From Pseudomonadota bacterium (lineage in GTDB: Bacteria; Pseudomonadota; Gammaproteobacteria; Acidithiobacillales; Acidithiobacillaceae), in assembly GCA_021794385.1 (NCBI GenBank), contig JAJYQY010000086.1, positions 3,216 to 67,215 of the forward strand: 64,000 bases of DNA. Direction: 5' to 3'. The notes below the pieces were generated by a model that searched no databases, had not been told where the DNA came from, and saw only the letters and a list, made by a program, of their open reading frames with translations. Position numbers and translations under genes: made by a program. Below, piece by piece: positions 29,755 through 39,683 of the stretch (position 1 is its first letter; each line of letters begins with the position of its first letter).

Positions 29755-32505
29755 CTAGGCAGAACCGGAGCGGGACAGGGCGCGGCGCACTTCGCCGAGG
29801 AAGCGATCGCGCTGAAAACCGGCTTTTTCCATGATGTGCAGAATATAGCCGTTGAGGCGGCGGCGATCCTCGGGCGTAACCACCTTGGCCGTCAATACCA
29901 GGACCGGAATGGCGGCCGTGGCCGGGCGGGCCTGCAGGGCTTCCACCACATCAAAGCCGTTGAAGTCCGGCATCATCAAATCGAGAAGAATGAGATTGGG
30001 GTGAAAATGTTGGGCCATGGCCACCGCGTCCCGACCCCCATAGGCACTGAGCACTTCGTAACCGCCACTGTTCAGTTGTCGACGCAGGATTTCCACCGCC
30101 CGCGCCTCGTCATCCACCACGAGCACGATGGGGCGCTGCTGCCTCGTCACGACAAAGCCTAGGTTTTGCAAGACTTCCTTCAGGCGTTCCGCTTCCACCG
30201 GTTTTTGCAGGACCTGTACGCTGCCCAGGGAAAAACCGGATCCCTGCCGCGGGTCGATACTGGTGATCACCACCGGGATGGCGGCCAAAAGCCCTTCCTG
30301 ACGCTGGGCGGCCAGAAAATCCCAGCCGTCCAAACCCGGCAGATTCATCTCCAGGACGATGAGGTCCGGACCTTCCTCCCGAGCCATTTCCAGACCGCCC
30401 TTGACCTCGCGGGCCCGCCGCACGCGAAAGCCGTCGTCCCGCAAATACCCCTCCAGGAGGGTCGCCGCCGCATCGTCACTCTCCACCACCAAAGCCAAGC
30501 GCTCCGTTTTGGCTGAGGAGATGGTCTCCCCAGGGCCTGGCTGCGGCGGGACGGCCTCATCCCGCCAGGGCAGCCAGACATGGAAAGTGGAGCCTTCAGC
30601 CAGGGTGCTTTCCACCGTCACCAGACCGCCGTGAAGCTCCGCCAGGCGCTTGACCAGGGAAAGGCCCAGACCGGTGCCTTCATAACGGCGGGCCAGGCCG
30701 CTATCCGCCTGGACGAAGGGCTGGAAAAGGCGCTCCAGATCCTCGCCAGCGATGCCGATACCTGTATCCGCCACACTGATTTCCAGCCACACGGGAAAGG
30801 CCGCATATTCCGGCCCCGCCAGTCCGCTGTGCCGACGCCCCCGCAGAATGACCCGACCACCGTCGGGAGTGAACTTCACGGCGTTGGACAGGAGGTTGTA
30901 AAGGATCTGCTTGGTCTTGCGCAGATCCACATAAATGGGCGGCAAATCCGGCTCCACCTCGACGCCAAGCCGGATCTGGTGGGCGGCGGCTTTTTCCCGG
31001 ACGATCCCCAAGGAGCTTTGCAGCAAATCGTTGAGATCGGTCGCATCCAACTCCAGCCTCATCATCCCCGCCTCTACCTTGGAGAGGTCCAGAATATCGT
31101 TGATGAGGGAGAGGAGGTGTTGGCCGCTCTCGAAGATGTCCTTGGCAGCATCGCCCTGTTCGGGGCGAAGTTCGCCCATGACGCCGTCCTTCAACAGCTC
31201 CGAAAAACCGATGATGGCATTGAGGGGTGTCCGCAGTTCATGGGACATGTTGGCCAGGAAATCCGATTTGGCCTGATCCGCCATCCGTAGTAGCTGATTT
31301 TTCTGCAGCAACTCCTCACTGCGGACGCGCAGTTCGGCCGCCATGATCTTCTGATTTTCTTTCTGGGCGAAATCGTTCAGGGCAGCCCCCAGTTCCATGG
31401 AGAGCTTCTCGAGGAAAGCGATCTTTCTTTCACTCAGGGCCTGTAACGAGGCCAGCACCAGCACGCCGAAACGGTGCTCCTGATAGCGGATGGGCACCAT
31501 CACGATCTCCACCGGCTGAAACCGGCACACGCCGGCCTCCACCAGAAAGCCCGGGCTGCTGCCGGGCTGCCTGAGACGCTGCAGGTGATCACCCATGGCC
31601 GCCTCGCCCAGGACGCCTTCCCCCCGCTGGAAGCCGGATGCCAACTGCGTATCGGTGCCCCGGTGCGCCTCCAGAAGGAAGCGACCCTGCCACTCGTCAT
31701 AACGATAAAAAGCGGAAACCGGGAAAGGGTGATTCTCCGCCAAAATGCCCAGCACCTGCCGCAGGATCTCCGCCAACTCCAGGCCGGAACCACTGAAGAG
31801 AGTCATGATCTGCCCTTGGCTGCTTTCGATGTGCAGGGCTTCCTCCAAAACGCTTTCCGCCTCGCGGCGCTCGCGCATCTCCTCCCGGATCCGCCAAAAG
31901 AAACCCGCCAGCAAAGCGATCAGCAGGATGGCGGTGGCCCCAATCACCCACAAGGCCACCCCACCGGCCCTCTGGGCAGCCTCGGTGCGCGCCTTGAGCA
32001 GGCCGCTTTCCGTCGCATGCATTTCCTCGACCAGGTCATGCACCGCTGCCATCTCGGTGACCCCCGTTCCCGCCCGCAACAGGGTCTGTGCCGCCGGAAG
32101 TCCATGCTGCCCGTAGGCGGCGAGAACGCTGTTGAGGATTTGCAGGCGTCTTTGTACCTGCTGCTGCAACTCCACGGCCCTGCGCTCCTCCAGCGGATTG
32201 TCCGTCACCTTCGCCGGCAAATCCCCCAGAACCGTCTGCAAGTGCTGGATGGCGCCCTGGCGCTGTTGAAGATAGAAGGGGTTGGCGGTGAGGAGATAAC
32301 CGCGCTGCGCCGTCTCCGCTTCATTGATCAGGGCCCAGCTACGATCCAAACCGCGCAACACCGCCTGGGTATGTTCCACCCAACGGGAGGCGCGCACATA
32401 ATCCGCCGCCGTGCGGAAGGCCAGGATCCCCACCAGGAGCAGCGCCAGAATAGCCAAGCCGAAGCCCAGGAGGATCTTCTTTTCCGTAGAAAATTTTGAA
32501 TCCAT
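29755..32505 (-). CDS. Hybrid sensor histidine kinase (CHASE3, GAF, HisKA, HATPase, two REC domains)
   Basis: AETAQRGYLLT (CHASE3), FLANMSHELRTPLNAI, NLLSNAVKFT, GTGLGL and two C-terminal receiver domains. Confidence 0.93.
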   Translation of the reverse strand: MDSKFSTEKKILLGFGLAILALLLVGILAFRTAADYVRASRWVEHTQAVLRGLDRSWALINEAETAQRGYLLTANPFYLQQRQGAIQHLQTVLGDLPAKVTDNPLEERRAVELQQQVQRRLQILNSVLAAYGQHGLPAAQTLLRAGTGVTEMAAVHDLVEEMHATESGLLKARTEAAQRAGGVALWVIGATAILLIALLAGFFWRIREEMRERREAESVLEEALHIESSQGQIMTLFSGSGLELAEILRQVLGILAENHPFPVSAFYRYDEWQGRFLLEAHRGTDTQLASGFQRGEGVLGEAAMGDHLQRLRQPGSSPGFLVEAGVCRFQPVEIVMVPIRYQEHRFGVLVLASLQALSERKIAFLEKLSMELGAALNDFAQKENQKIMAAELRVRSEELLQKNQLLRMADQAKSDFLANMSHELRTPLNAIIGFSELLKDGVMGELRPEQGDAAKDIFESGQHLLSLINDILDLSKVEAGMMRLELDATDLNDLLQSSLGIVREKAAAHQIRLGVEVEPDLPPIYVDLRKTKQILYNLLSNAVKFTPDGGRVILRGRRHSGLAGPEYAAFPVWLEISVADTGIGIAGEDLERLFQPFVQADSGLARRYEGTGLGLSLVKRLAELHGGLVTVESTLAEGSTFHVWLPWRDEAVPPQPGPGETISSAKTERLALVVESDDAAATLLEGYLRDDGFRVRRAREVKGGLEMAREEGPDLIVLEMNLPGLDGWDFLAAQRQEGLLAAIPVVITSIDPRQGSGFSLGSVQVLQKPVEAERLKEVLQNLGFVVTRQQRPIVLVVDDEARAVEILRRQLNSGGYEVLSAYGGRDAVAMAQHFHPNLILLDLMMPDFNGFDVVEALQARPATAAIPVLVLTAKVVTPEDRRRLNGYILHIMEKAGFQRDRFLGEVRRALSRSGSA

Positions 32506-32598
32506 AATAATAGCTTATAGTTCATATTTTCCCCCTCTGCCGTAACAGCGCTCCTTCAGGTACAATGGCGGCAAAAATCCCGTAGTGCAGGAGTTGCC

Positions 32599-34338
32599 GT
32601 GAAAGATTTTGTCGCCAAACCCCTCCGCAATGCCCTGACCGGCCTCGTTCAAGCCGGAAAGATCAAGGCCCTTCCCGAGCGTCTCGACTTCGACCGTCCC
32701 AAGCAGGCGGAGCATGGCCATCTGGCCTCCAATGTGGCCTTGACGCTGGCCAAGGCCGAAGGACGCAAGCCACGGGAGCTGGCCGCGGAGATCGTCGCCG
32801 CCCTGCCGGCGTCGGAGTGGATTGCGCGCTGCGAGATCGCCGGGCCGGGTTTCATCAATTTCTTCCTCCAGCCCGCCGCTTTCCATGCGGCGATCCGCAA
32901 TGCCCGCCATCATCGGGACCAGTTCGGCGCGGCGCGCATCGGTGCCGGCGAAAAGGTGCAACTGGAATTCGTCTCCGCCAACCCCACCGGCCCCCTGCAC
33001 GTCGGCCACGGCCGTGGCGCCGCCTACGGGGCGAGTTTGGCCAATCTCCTGCGCTTTACCGGCTTCGACGTCCACTGCGAATATTATGTCAACGATGCCG
33101 GCCGCCAGATGGACATCCTCGCCGCCAGCGTCTATCTGCGTTATCTGGAGGAACTGGGCGTCGCCCTGCCCTGCGCCTTCCCGGAGAATGCCTATCGCGG
33201 TGACTATGTACGCGCCATTGCCGTGCACCTGCGCGATCGTGAGGGAGATCGTCTGCAGCGCCCCGCCGGCACCCTCGTCGGGCTGGCCAACACGGCCGAT
33301 CCCGAAGCCGCCATGGACGCCCTCATCGCTCGCATCAAGGCCGCACTGGGCCCGGATTACCGCATTCTGCACAGCGCCGGCCTGGATGAGATCCTCGCCG
33401 ACATTCGCGATGACCTCACCGCCTTCGGCGTCCACTATGATCGCTGGTACTCCGAGCGCAGCCTCATGGACAAGGGGGCGGTAGCCACCGCAGTGGAGCG
33501 CCTCCAGGCCGATGGTCATTGCTATACCCAGGACGGCGCCCTGTGGTTCCGTGCCACGGCCTTTGGCGACGACAAGGATCGGGTGCTGCTCCGCGACAAC
33601 GGCGCCTATACCTATTTCGCCTCCGATGTGGCCTATCACGCCGAAAAGTTCGCCCGCGGCTTCACTCGCGTCATCGATATGTGGGGTGCCGACCACCACG
33701 GCTATATCACCCGGGTACGGGCCGCCCTACGCGCCCTGGGCCTGGACGACAATCGTCTGGAGGTCCTCCTGGTCCAGTTCGCCATCCTCTACCGGGGACA
33801 GGAAAAGATCTCCATGTCCACGCGCGCCGGAGAATTCGTGACCCTGCGCGCTCTACGCGAGGAAGTGGGCAATGACGCGGCGCGCTTTTTCTACGTCCTG
33901 CGCCGTGCCGACCAACACCTCGACTTCGATCTGGAACTGGCCAAACGCCATTCCGAAGAGAACCCCGTCTATTACATCCAGTACGCCCACGCCCGGGTCT
34001 ACTCCCTGCTGCGCCAGGCCGATGAGCGCGGCTTGAGCCGGCCGCCGGTGGATGTGGACCTCAGCCTCCTCAGGGAAGACCGGGAATTGGGCCTGGCGGA
34101 CCTCCTCTGGCGTTTTCCCGAAAGCATCGTGCAGGCGTCAAGAGATCGCGAACCCCACCAGATTGCCTTTTACCTACGGGAGCTGGCTGCGGCCTTCCAT
34201 ACCTATTACAACGCCACGCGCATCCTCGTCGAGGAAGATCCCTTGCGCCACGCCCGCCTCGCCCTCTGTACCGCGGTGGCCATCACCATTGCCAACGGCC
34301 TGCGCCTCCTTGGGGTGTCGGCACCGGAGCAGATGTAA
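32599..34338 (+). CDS. argS: Arginine--tRNA ligase
   Basis: [30 protein letters not shown] and [12 protein letters not shown] motifs. Confidence 0.97.
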   Translation: MKDFVAKPLRNALTGLVQAGKIKALPERLDFDRPKQAEHGHLASNVALTLAKAEGRKPRELAAEIVAALPASEWIARCEIAGPGFINFFLQPAAFHAAIRNARHHRDQFGAARIGAGEKVQLEFVSANPTGPLHVGHGRGAAYGASLANLLRFTGFDVHCEYYVNDAGRQMDILAASVYLRYLEELGVALPCAFPENAYRGDYVRAIAVHLRDREGDRLQRPAGTLVGLANTADPEAAMDALIARIKAALGPDYRILHSAGLDEILADIRDDLTAFGVHYDRWYSERSLMDKGAVATAVERLQADGHCYTQDGALWFRATAFGDDKDRVLLRDNGAYTYFASDVAYHAEKFARGFTRVIDMWGADHHGYITRVRAALRALGLDDNRLEVLLVQFAILYRGQEKISMSTRAGEFVTLRALREEVGNDAARFFYVLRRADQHLDFDLELAKRHSEENPVYYIQYAHARVYSLLRQADERGLSRPPVDVDLSLLREDRELGLADLLWRFPESIVQASRDREPHQIAFYLRELAAAFHTYYNATRILVEEDPLRHARLALCTAVAITIANGLRLLGVSAPEQM

Positions 34339-34344
34339 GGACCC

Positions 34345-35124
34345 ATGCGCGACTACAAACGCCACACCAGCCGGCCTGTCCCATCCGAACCGGAGCGCCC
34401 GGAAGCGGCGGTGGAGACGGAAGCCGGATCCCAACGGCGGCCGCGCCTCTGGCCATGGCTGTCTCTTGGCATGCTCATTGCCGCAGTTGCCGTCGGCTGG
34501 GTGATCCATAGCCATCCGCGGCAGCCGGTCCAGACAGCGCAACACGCCATTACCCAGCGCCCGGTCGTCCCTGCCAGCACTACAGGGGTCCCTGCAGCCG
34601 TAGCCTCCGCATCCGCGCCGAGTGCCGTAACGGCCTCTCCCCCCCTGGCGGCGGCCACCAGCGCGGCGGCATCCCCCGTCAGTGCCGCCACCAGCAGCAG
34701 TGAGTTCACCTTTTATCAGATCCTGCCCAAAATGCAGGTGGATATTCCATCCGACATCCTCGGCAGCGGACCGGGCATCCCCAGCAGCGCGACGACCAGC
34801 ACTGCCGCCGCAGCAAATCAGCCCGTCACCATTCAGGTGGGATCCTTTCACAACCGCGCCGAAGCCGTGGTCCTCCGCGACCGCCTCGCCCTCCTCGGCG
34901 TCTTCACCACCCTGCAAAGCGCCGAACTACCGCCGCATACCGAAGTATTCCGGCTGCGCACGGCCACCTATAATTCCCTGGCCGCTGCTCAGCCCGCCCT
35001 CGCCAAGATCCGCAGCCTCGGCATCGCCCCTCTCCTGATGGGGGCAACGGCGGCCATCGCCGGCGCCGCTGCCGTCAGCGGCAACACCGTCAGCGGCCCT
35101 GGGCCAGTCCCTCCAGGGCATTAA
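34345..35124 (+). CDS. SPOR-domain cell division protein (FtsN-like)
   Basis: N-terminal MRDY, one TM segment, Ala/Pro/Ser linker, FTFYQILP and IQVGSF SPOR start. Follows argS. Confidence 0.8.
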   Translation: MRDYKRHTSRPVPSEPERPEAAVETEAGSQRRPRLWPWLSLGMLIAAVAVGWVIHSHPRQPVQTAQHAITQRPVVPASTTGVPAAVASASAPSAVTASPPLAAATSAAASPVSAATSSSEFTFYQILPKMQVDIPSDILGSGPGIPSSATTSTAAAANQPVTIQVGSFHNRAEAVVLRDRLALLGVFTTLQSAELPPHTEVFRLRTATYNSLAAAQPALAKIRSLGIAPLLMGATAAIAGAAAVSGNTVSGPGPVPPGH

Positions 35125-35557
35125 CGGCGACAACGGGTGTGGCACTGCCCGCCAGCACCTGCTGCAGACCGGGCAGATAATAATTCACCGTTTCCACGGC
35201 ATTGAGCAGATAGGGGCGCAGCAGGGCGGTACTGACTACGCCCGCAGGCGCTTGCACGGCGCTCTTGAAATTGAGTTCGCCATCCTCCAGATCCAGCTCG
35301 AAATTCCCCAGGGGCAGTCCATAGTTGGCGCGGGTGAGGTACTCCGCAACGGCCATCCGCTGCGCTGGCGCCATGCCCAGCTTTTGCGGGCGGACATAAA
35401 AGAGCAAGCGATCACGCTCGCTGTGGTAATGGCAAAAAATATCCACCACTCCATTGGGCAAACGTAGGGCACAACTGATCACCGGTACGTCGGGCAACTG
35501 GGCAGCGTCCCAACCCAGTTCGTTGAATAGATCCTGGGCAACCGTCAAATGCGTCAT
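35090..35557 (-). CDS. YbjN-domain (T3SS chaperone-fold) protein
   Basis: VAEYLTRANYGLPLGNFELDLEDGE pattern. Coupled to rsmA by ATGA overlap. Confidence 0.75.
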   Translation of the reverse strand: MTHLTVAQDLFNELGWDAAQLPDVPVISCALRLPNGVVDIFCHYHSERDRLLFYVRPQKLGMAPAQRMAVAEYLTRANYGLPLGNFELDLEDGELNFKSAVQAPAGVVSTALLRPYLLNAVETVNYYLPGLQQVLAGSATPVVAVNALEGLAQGR

Positions 35558-36360
35558 GGTAGGCTTCCTTGGTGCAAAAATGCCTCAGCGAGGCGAAGAA
35601 AGGCGGCTTGATCCAGGGTCTCGGCGCGGCAGCCCGGATCGATGGCCAGTGAGCGCAGGGTATCAGCGGCAACGATCCCCCGCAGGTTATTGGCAATGGT
35701 CTTGCGCCGCTGGGCAAAAGCCATCGCCACCACTTGCGCAAAGGCCGGGCGCAAGGCCGCGGGCACCCGTGCAGGGCGGTGCGGAATGAGGCGCAGGAAG
35801 GCCGAGTCCACCTTCGGTACCGGGAAAAAATTGCCCGGCGCCACCGTAAACAGCGATTCCACGGCACAACTGGCCTGGATCATCACCGACAAACGCCCAT
35901 AGGCCTTGCTCCCGGGCGCCGCCACGATGCGCTCTACCACCTCCTTTTGCAGCATGAAGTGCATGTCGCGGAGGGCGTCGGCCTGGTCCAGCAGGTGAAA
36001 AATCAGCGGCGTGGCAATGTTGTAGGGCAGGTTGCCGACGACCCGCAAGACTTGCTCCCGCCCTCCGGCCAGTGCCGCGAAATCAAAGCTCAGGGCATTG
36101 GCATGGTGCACGTGCAGGGCGCCGGACCCGTCCAGGGCGCGGAGCCCCGCCAGCAGGTCCCGATCCAGTTCCACCACATCCAGCCGGGACAGTCTTTGCA
36201 GCAGGCCCCGGGTCAGCGCCCCGCGGCCTGGCCCGATCTCCACCACGAGGTCTTCGGTCTGCGGCGCGATGGCGGCAATGATGCGTTGCACCACCTGCGG
36301 CTGCACCAGAAAATTCTGCCCAAAACGCTTTTTGGCACGGGGCAGGGAGGCCTCTTGCAT
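35554..36360 (-). CDS. rsmA: 16S rRNA m6,2A1518/1519 dimethyltransferase
   Basis: KKRFGQNFL, VEIGPGRG, GNLPYNI and MLQKEV motifs. Confidence 0.97.
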   Translation of the reverse strand: MQEASLPRAKKRFGQNFLVQPQVVQRIIAAIAPQTEDLVVEIGPGRGALTRGLLQRLSRLDVVELDRDLLAGLRALDGSGALHVHHANALSFDFAALAGGREQVLRVVGNLPYNIATPLIFHLLDQADALRDMHFMLQKEVVERIVAAPGSKAYGRLSVMIQASCAVESLFTVAPGNFFPVPKVDSAFLRLIPHRPARVPAALRPAFAQVVAMAFAQRRKTIANNLRGIVAADTLRSLAIDPGCRAETLDQAAFLRLAEAFLHQGSLP

Positions 36361-36422
36361 GGTCAACGGTCCTTCATGATATAGTCCATCAACGCCTTAT
36401 TGGCGCCACCACCGGAAAGTCT

Positions 36423-36974
36423 ATGCACCTTGTGCTGCGTCTTGACGTCGGCGGCCAGCCCATGGCCTGGGAAACCTGGGAAGAAGCCGCTGCCCACTAT
36501 GTCCGTGGCAATGTTGCCTGGACCTTGGGAGATCCTTTTTTTACCGCGCACGGAGGCATATCCCGGCGCAATGGGATTCCGTCCCTCCTCGACATCCATC
36601 CCCTCATCGCGGTGCGCGGTCGCCACCAGGGCAAGATCCGTCCACCCGCCTTGTCCAACCATACCCTCTTCCACCGCGATCGCCATCTGTGTCTCTACTG
36701 CGGCAAACATTACCCCGTTCGCGATTTGACCCGCGACCACGTCATGCCCCTGTCCCGGCGGGGCAAGGATGTCTGGACCAATGTCGTCGCCGCCTGTCGC
36801 TGGTGCAATAGCCGCAAGGACAACCGCACCCCCGAAGAGGCCAAGATGCCGCTGCTGGCCGTCCCCTTCACCCCCACCTGGGCGGAATATCTGCTGCTCA
36901 GCAACCGGCGCATCCTGGCCGACCAGATGGACTTCCTGCGCGCACAGGTGCCGGAGCGCTCCCGTCTGGCCTAG
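36423..36974 (+). CDS. HNH endonuclease (zinc-binding, HNH_5-like)
   Basis: RDRHLCLYCG...TRDHVMP...WTNVVAACRWCNSRK. Confidence 0.9.
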   Translation: MHLVLRLDVGGQPMAWETWEEAAAHYVRGNVAWTLGDPFFTAHGGISRRNGIPSLLDIHPLIAVRGRHQGKIRPPALSNHTLFHRDRHLCLYCGKHYPVRDLTRDHVMPLSRRGKDVWTNVVAACRWCNSRKDNRTPEEAKMPLLAVPFTPTWAEYLLLSNRRILADQMDFLRAQVPERSRLA

Positions 36975-37003
36975 CAGGCCTGTCGCGCCCAGGGCAAAAA
37001 ATC

Positions 37004-38008
37004 CTAGCCGCAGGCTGCGGCGCGCCGATTCCGGACGATCTCGACGGCCATGTCCACGGCGCGCAGAAGGCTGCCATGATCGGCCCGCCCGCTGCCGGCA
37101 ATATCCAGAGCGGTACCGTGATCGACACTGGTGCGTACCACCGGCAAACCGAGGGTGATATTCACGGCCTCGCCAAAGGCATGATACTTGAGCACCGGCA
37201 GGCCTTGGTCATGATACATGGCCAGCACCGCATCGGCGTCTTCCAGGTGATGGGGCGTAAAGATGCTGTCCGCCGGCCACGGCCCGCTGATGCTCAGGCC
37301 CTCCTGCTGCAGGCTGCGGATGAGGGGCGCGATGACCTCCTCTTCCTCATGCCCCAGATGCCCGCCTTCGCCGGCATGGGGATTGAGCCCCGCCACCAGG
37401 ATGCGCGGCGCGGCAATGGCAAAATCTTCCTGCAGCGAGCGGTGCAGCACCCGCAGGGTCGTCTCCAGGGTGTCGGGGCGAATGGCGGCCGCCACCCGGG
37501 ACAAGGGGAGATGGGTGGTCGCCAGAGCGACGCGCAGGCCGCGGCCGGCCAGGAGCATGACCACCTGGGCAACGCCGCAGTGTTCCGCGAGATACTCCGT
37601 ATGCCCGGTGAAAGGGATACCGGCATCGTTGATGATCCCCTTGTGCAGTGGCGCCGTGACCATGGCATCGGCCTGGCCCGAGCGCAGCAGGTGCAGGGCC
37701 CTGTCCAGGGTCTGCAAAACCGCCGCCGCATTGGCAGGGTCCAGGTGCCCAGGGCGGCAGGGTCGGGCCAAGGGCACGTCCAGGCAATAAAGAGTCCCTT
37801 TTTTCGGGGCCGGCCAGAGGTCGTCCTCATGCCAGCGCTCCAGCCCCACGGCAAGGCCGAGCAAGGCGGCGCGGCTACGCAAACAATGATAATCTCCCAC
37901 CAGGAGCACCGGCGCCGGCAGGGGGTGCTGACCCAGGAGCAAGGCGATTTCCGGCCCGATACCGGCGGGCTCGCCGACGGTCAGCACGACGCGCGGGGCC
38001 GATTTCAT
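37004..38008 (-). CDS. pdxA: 4-hydroxythreonine-4-phosphate dehydrogenase
   Basis: GEPAGIGPE, FTGHTE, GLNPHAGE, MYHDQGL and RTSVDHGTA motifs. Confidence 0.97.
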   Translation of the reverse strand: MKSAPRVVLTVGEPAGIGPEIALLLGQHPLPAPVLLVGDYHCLRSRAALLGLAVGLERWHEDDLWPAPKKGTLYCLDVPLARPCRPGHLDPANAAAVLQTLDRALHLLRSGQADAMVTAPLHKGIINDAGIPFTGHTEYLAEHCGVAQVVMLLAGRGLRVALATTHLPLSRVAAAIRPDTLETTLRVLHRSLQEDFAIAAPRILVAGLNPHAGEGGHLGHEEEEVIAPLIRSLQQEGLSISGPWPADSIFTPHHLEDADAVLAMYHDQGLPVLKYHAFGEAVNITLGLPVVRTSVDHGTALDIAGSGRADHGSLLRAVDMAVEIVRNRRAAACG

Positions 38009-38259
38009 GACGAAGCCGGCACTACCGGCAGCACTTCGACGATGCCCTCCGGCCCCTGCACCCGTTGGGGGATCTGCAGGACGCGCACGCGCAGGAAGCG
38101 ATCCCGGATATCCAGTTCGAGGATGTCATCCGCTGCCACCACGCTGGCCGCCTTGGCCACATGCCCATTGATCCGCACACAGCCGGCAGCACAGATCTCC
38201 TTGGCCAGCGTCCGGCGCTTGATGAGTCGCGACATCTTGAGAAAGAGATCCAGGCGCAT
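38005..38259 (-). CDS. Stand-alone S4 RNA-binding protein, RqcP/YabO-like (84 aa)
   Basis: MRLDLFLKMSRLIKRRTLAKE. The ATG overlaps the surA stop (TGATG) and the stop overlaps the pdxA start (ATGA). Confidence 0.85.
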   Translation of the reverse strand: MRLDLFLKMSRLIKRRTLAKEICAAGCVRINGHVAKAASVVAADDILELDIRDRFLRVRVLQIPQRVQGPEGIVEVLPVVPASS

Positions 38260-39683
38260 CAGGCAGTGGCGGCGCGCAGACTCGGGTCGAGGATTTCCAC
38301 ATAGGCGCCGTCGCGGATGCGCCGCTGCCATTCTTCCATGCGCTCGCGCACCATGCGATTGTAAAGCTGCATGCGCGCCGCCGCCATGACCTGCTGTTCG
38401 CCCACGGGCACCTGGCGCTGCCCCTGCGATTGCAGGAGATAAATGCCGTCGGCGGTGCGGATGGGGTCGCTGACGGAATTGGGGGCGAGGGAGAGCAAGG
38501 TACGCTCCAGCACATCGGGCAGTTGACCCGGTGCCACCCAGCCCAGTTCCCCCTCCTTGGCCGCTGTGGCCGGGTCCTGGCTGTAGCTGCGGGCCAGCTC
38601 GCCAAAGCGCGTCCCCCCCTCCAGCGCCCGCTGGATGTCGCGGGCGCGCGCCTCCGCCTCCTGCAATTGCAGGCCATTGCCGGCACGCAGGAAAATCACG
38701 GCCGCCTTCACCTCCGTCACCGTCGGCGCCTCGTGCTTCACATCGAGGACCTTGAAGATATGAAAACCCGTGGGACCGGGAATGATGGGACTGATTTCAC
38801 CAGCCTTCACCTGCAACAGGATCTGGGCGATGGAAGGCGGCAACTCACCCGCCTTCACCCAGCCCAGACGCCCGCCCTGGAGGGCATCGCGGCCATTGCT
38901 GACTTCCGTGGCCAAACGGGTAAAGCTAGCCCCCGCCACCAGTTGCTCGCGGATCTTTTCGGCCTGCTGGCGTGCCGCGCTCACGGCGTCGGGTGTGGGG
39001 TTGTTGGGGAGGGCAATGAAAATCTGCTGCAGATCGAAGCTCAGACCCCCAATTTCCTTGAGCTGACTGGCAAAGGTCTTGACCTCATCCGGACTGACAT
39101 GCACCCGACTTTCCACCTCCTGCTGCGTGAGGCGATCCACCAGAATGCGGTTTTCCAGGTCCGCGGTAAAGGTCTCCCAGGACTGACCCTGATTGATGAG
39201 GGCCTGGCGCAATTGATCAGGGGTGAGGTTGTTGGCCCGCGCGAGATTGGCAACGGCCTGATCGAGGGTCGCCTTGTCCACCTGGATACCTGCCCGATGG
39301 GCGATCTGCAGTTCGACATCCTGCAAGATCATCTGCTGCAGGACTTGGCGGCGGAGGACATCCTCGGGCGGCACTTGCCCAGGGTCCTGGCTCTGCAGGC
39401 GGGCACGAATGGCCTCTACCCGCTGCGCAAGCTGCATGGAGGTGATGATCTCGTCATTGACCACCGCCACCACCTTGTCCAGGGTTTCCAGGTTGCCGGG
39501 GAGGGGTGTGACCTGGGGCGTCTGACTGGAAGTCGCCGAAAAGGTCCGCACCGCCGCCTGGGGCGCCGGGGCAACGAGCGTGTCGCGATTGAGGAAAGGG
39601 GCTTCGGCCCAGCAAAAGCTCGGGGCCGTCAGCAGCGCGAGGCTAAGGGTAGCCAGGATTGGGCGGCGAGGTAAAAGCATCAA
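38259..39683 (-). CDS. surA: Periplasmic chaperone/PPIase SurA
   Basis: Signal peptide, LDKVVAVVNDEIIT and two parvulin domains (GGRLGW, GELGW). Follows lptD. Confidence 0.93.
   Translation of the reverse strand: MMLLPRRPILATLSLALLTAPSFCWAEAPFLNRDTLVAPAPQAAVRTFSATSSQTPQVTPLPGNLETLDKVVAVVNDEIITSMQLAQRVEAIRARLQSQDPGQVPPEDVLRRQVLQQMILQDVELQIAHRAGIQVDKATLDQAVANLARANNLTPDQLRQALINQGQSWETFTADLENRILVDRLTQQEVESRVHVSPDEVKTFASQLKEIGGLSFDLQQIFIALPNNPTPDAVSAARQQAEKIREQLVAGASFTRLATEVSNGRDALQGGRLGWVKAGELPPSIAQILLQVKAGEISPIIPGPTGFHIFKVLDVKHEAPTVTEVKAAVIFLRAGNGLQLQEAEARARDIQRALEGGTRFGELARSYSQDPATAAKEGELGWVAPGQLPDVLERTLLSLAPNSVSDPIRTADGIYLLQSQGQRQVPVGEQQVMAAARMQLYNRMVRERMEEWQRRIRDGAYVEILDPSLRAATA

Noticed and set aside
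35090-35124. Convergent 3' overlaps (SPOR gene/ybjN-like, and pmbA/lnt at 10488-10504)
   Set aside because: Short tail-to-tail overlaps are common in compact GC-rich genomes and imply no special function.
36423-36974. HNH gene as an IscB/Cas9-like or intron-encoded RNA-guided nuclease
   Set aside because: Only 183 aa, no RuvC motifs, and no room in the flanks for a guide RNA, array or intron.
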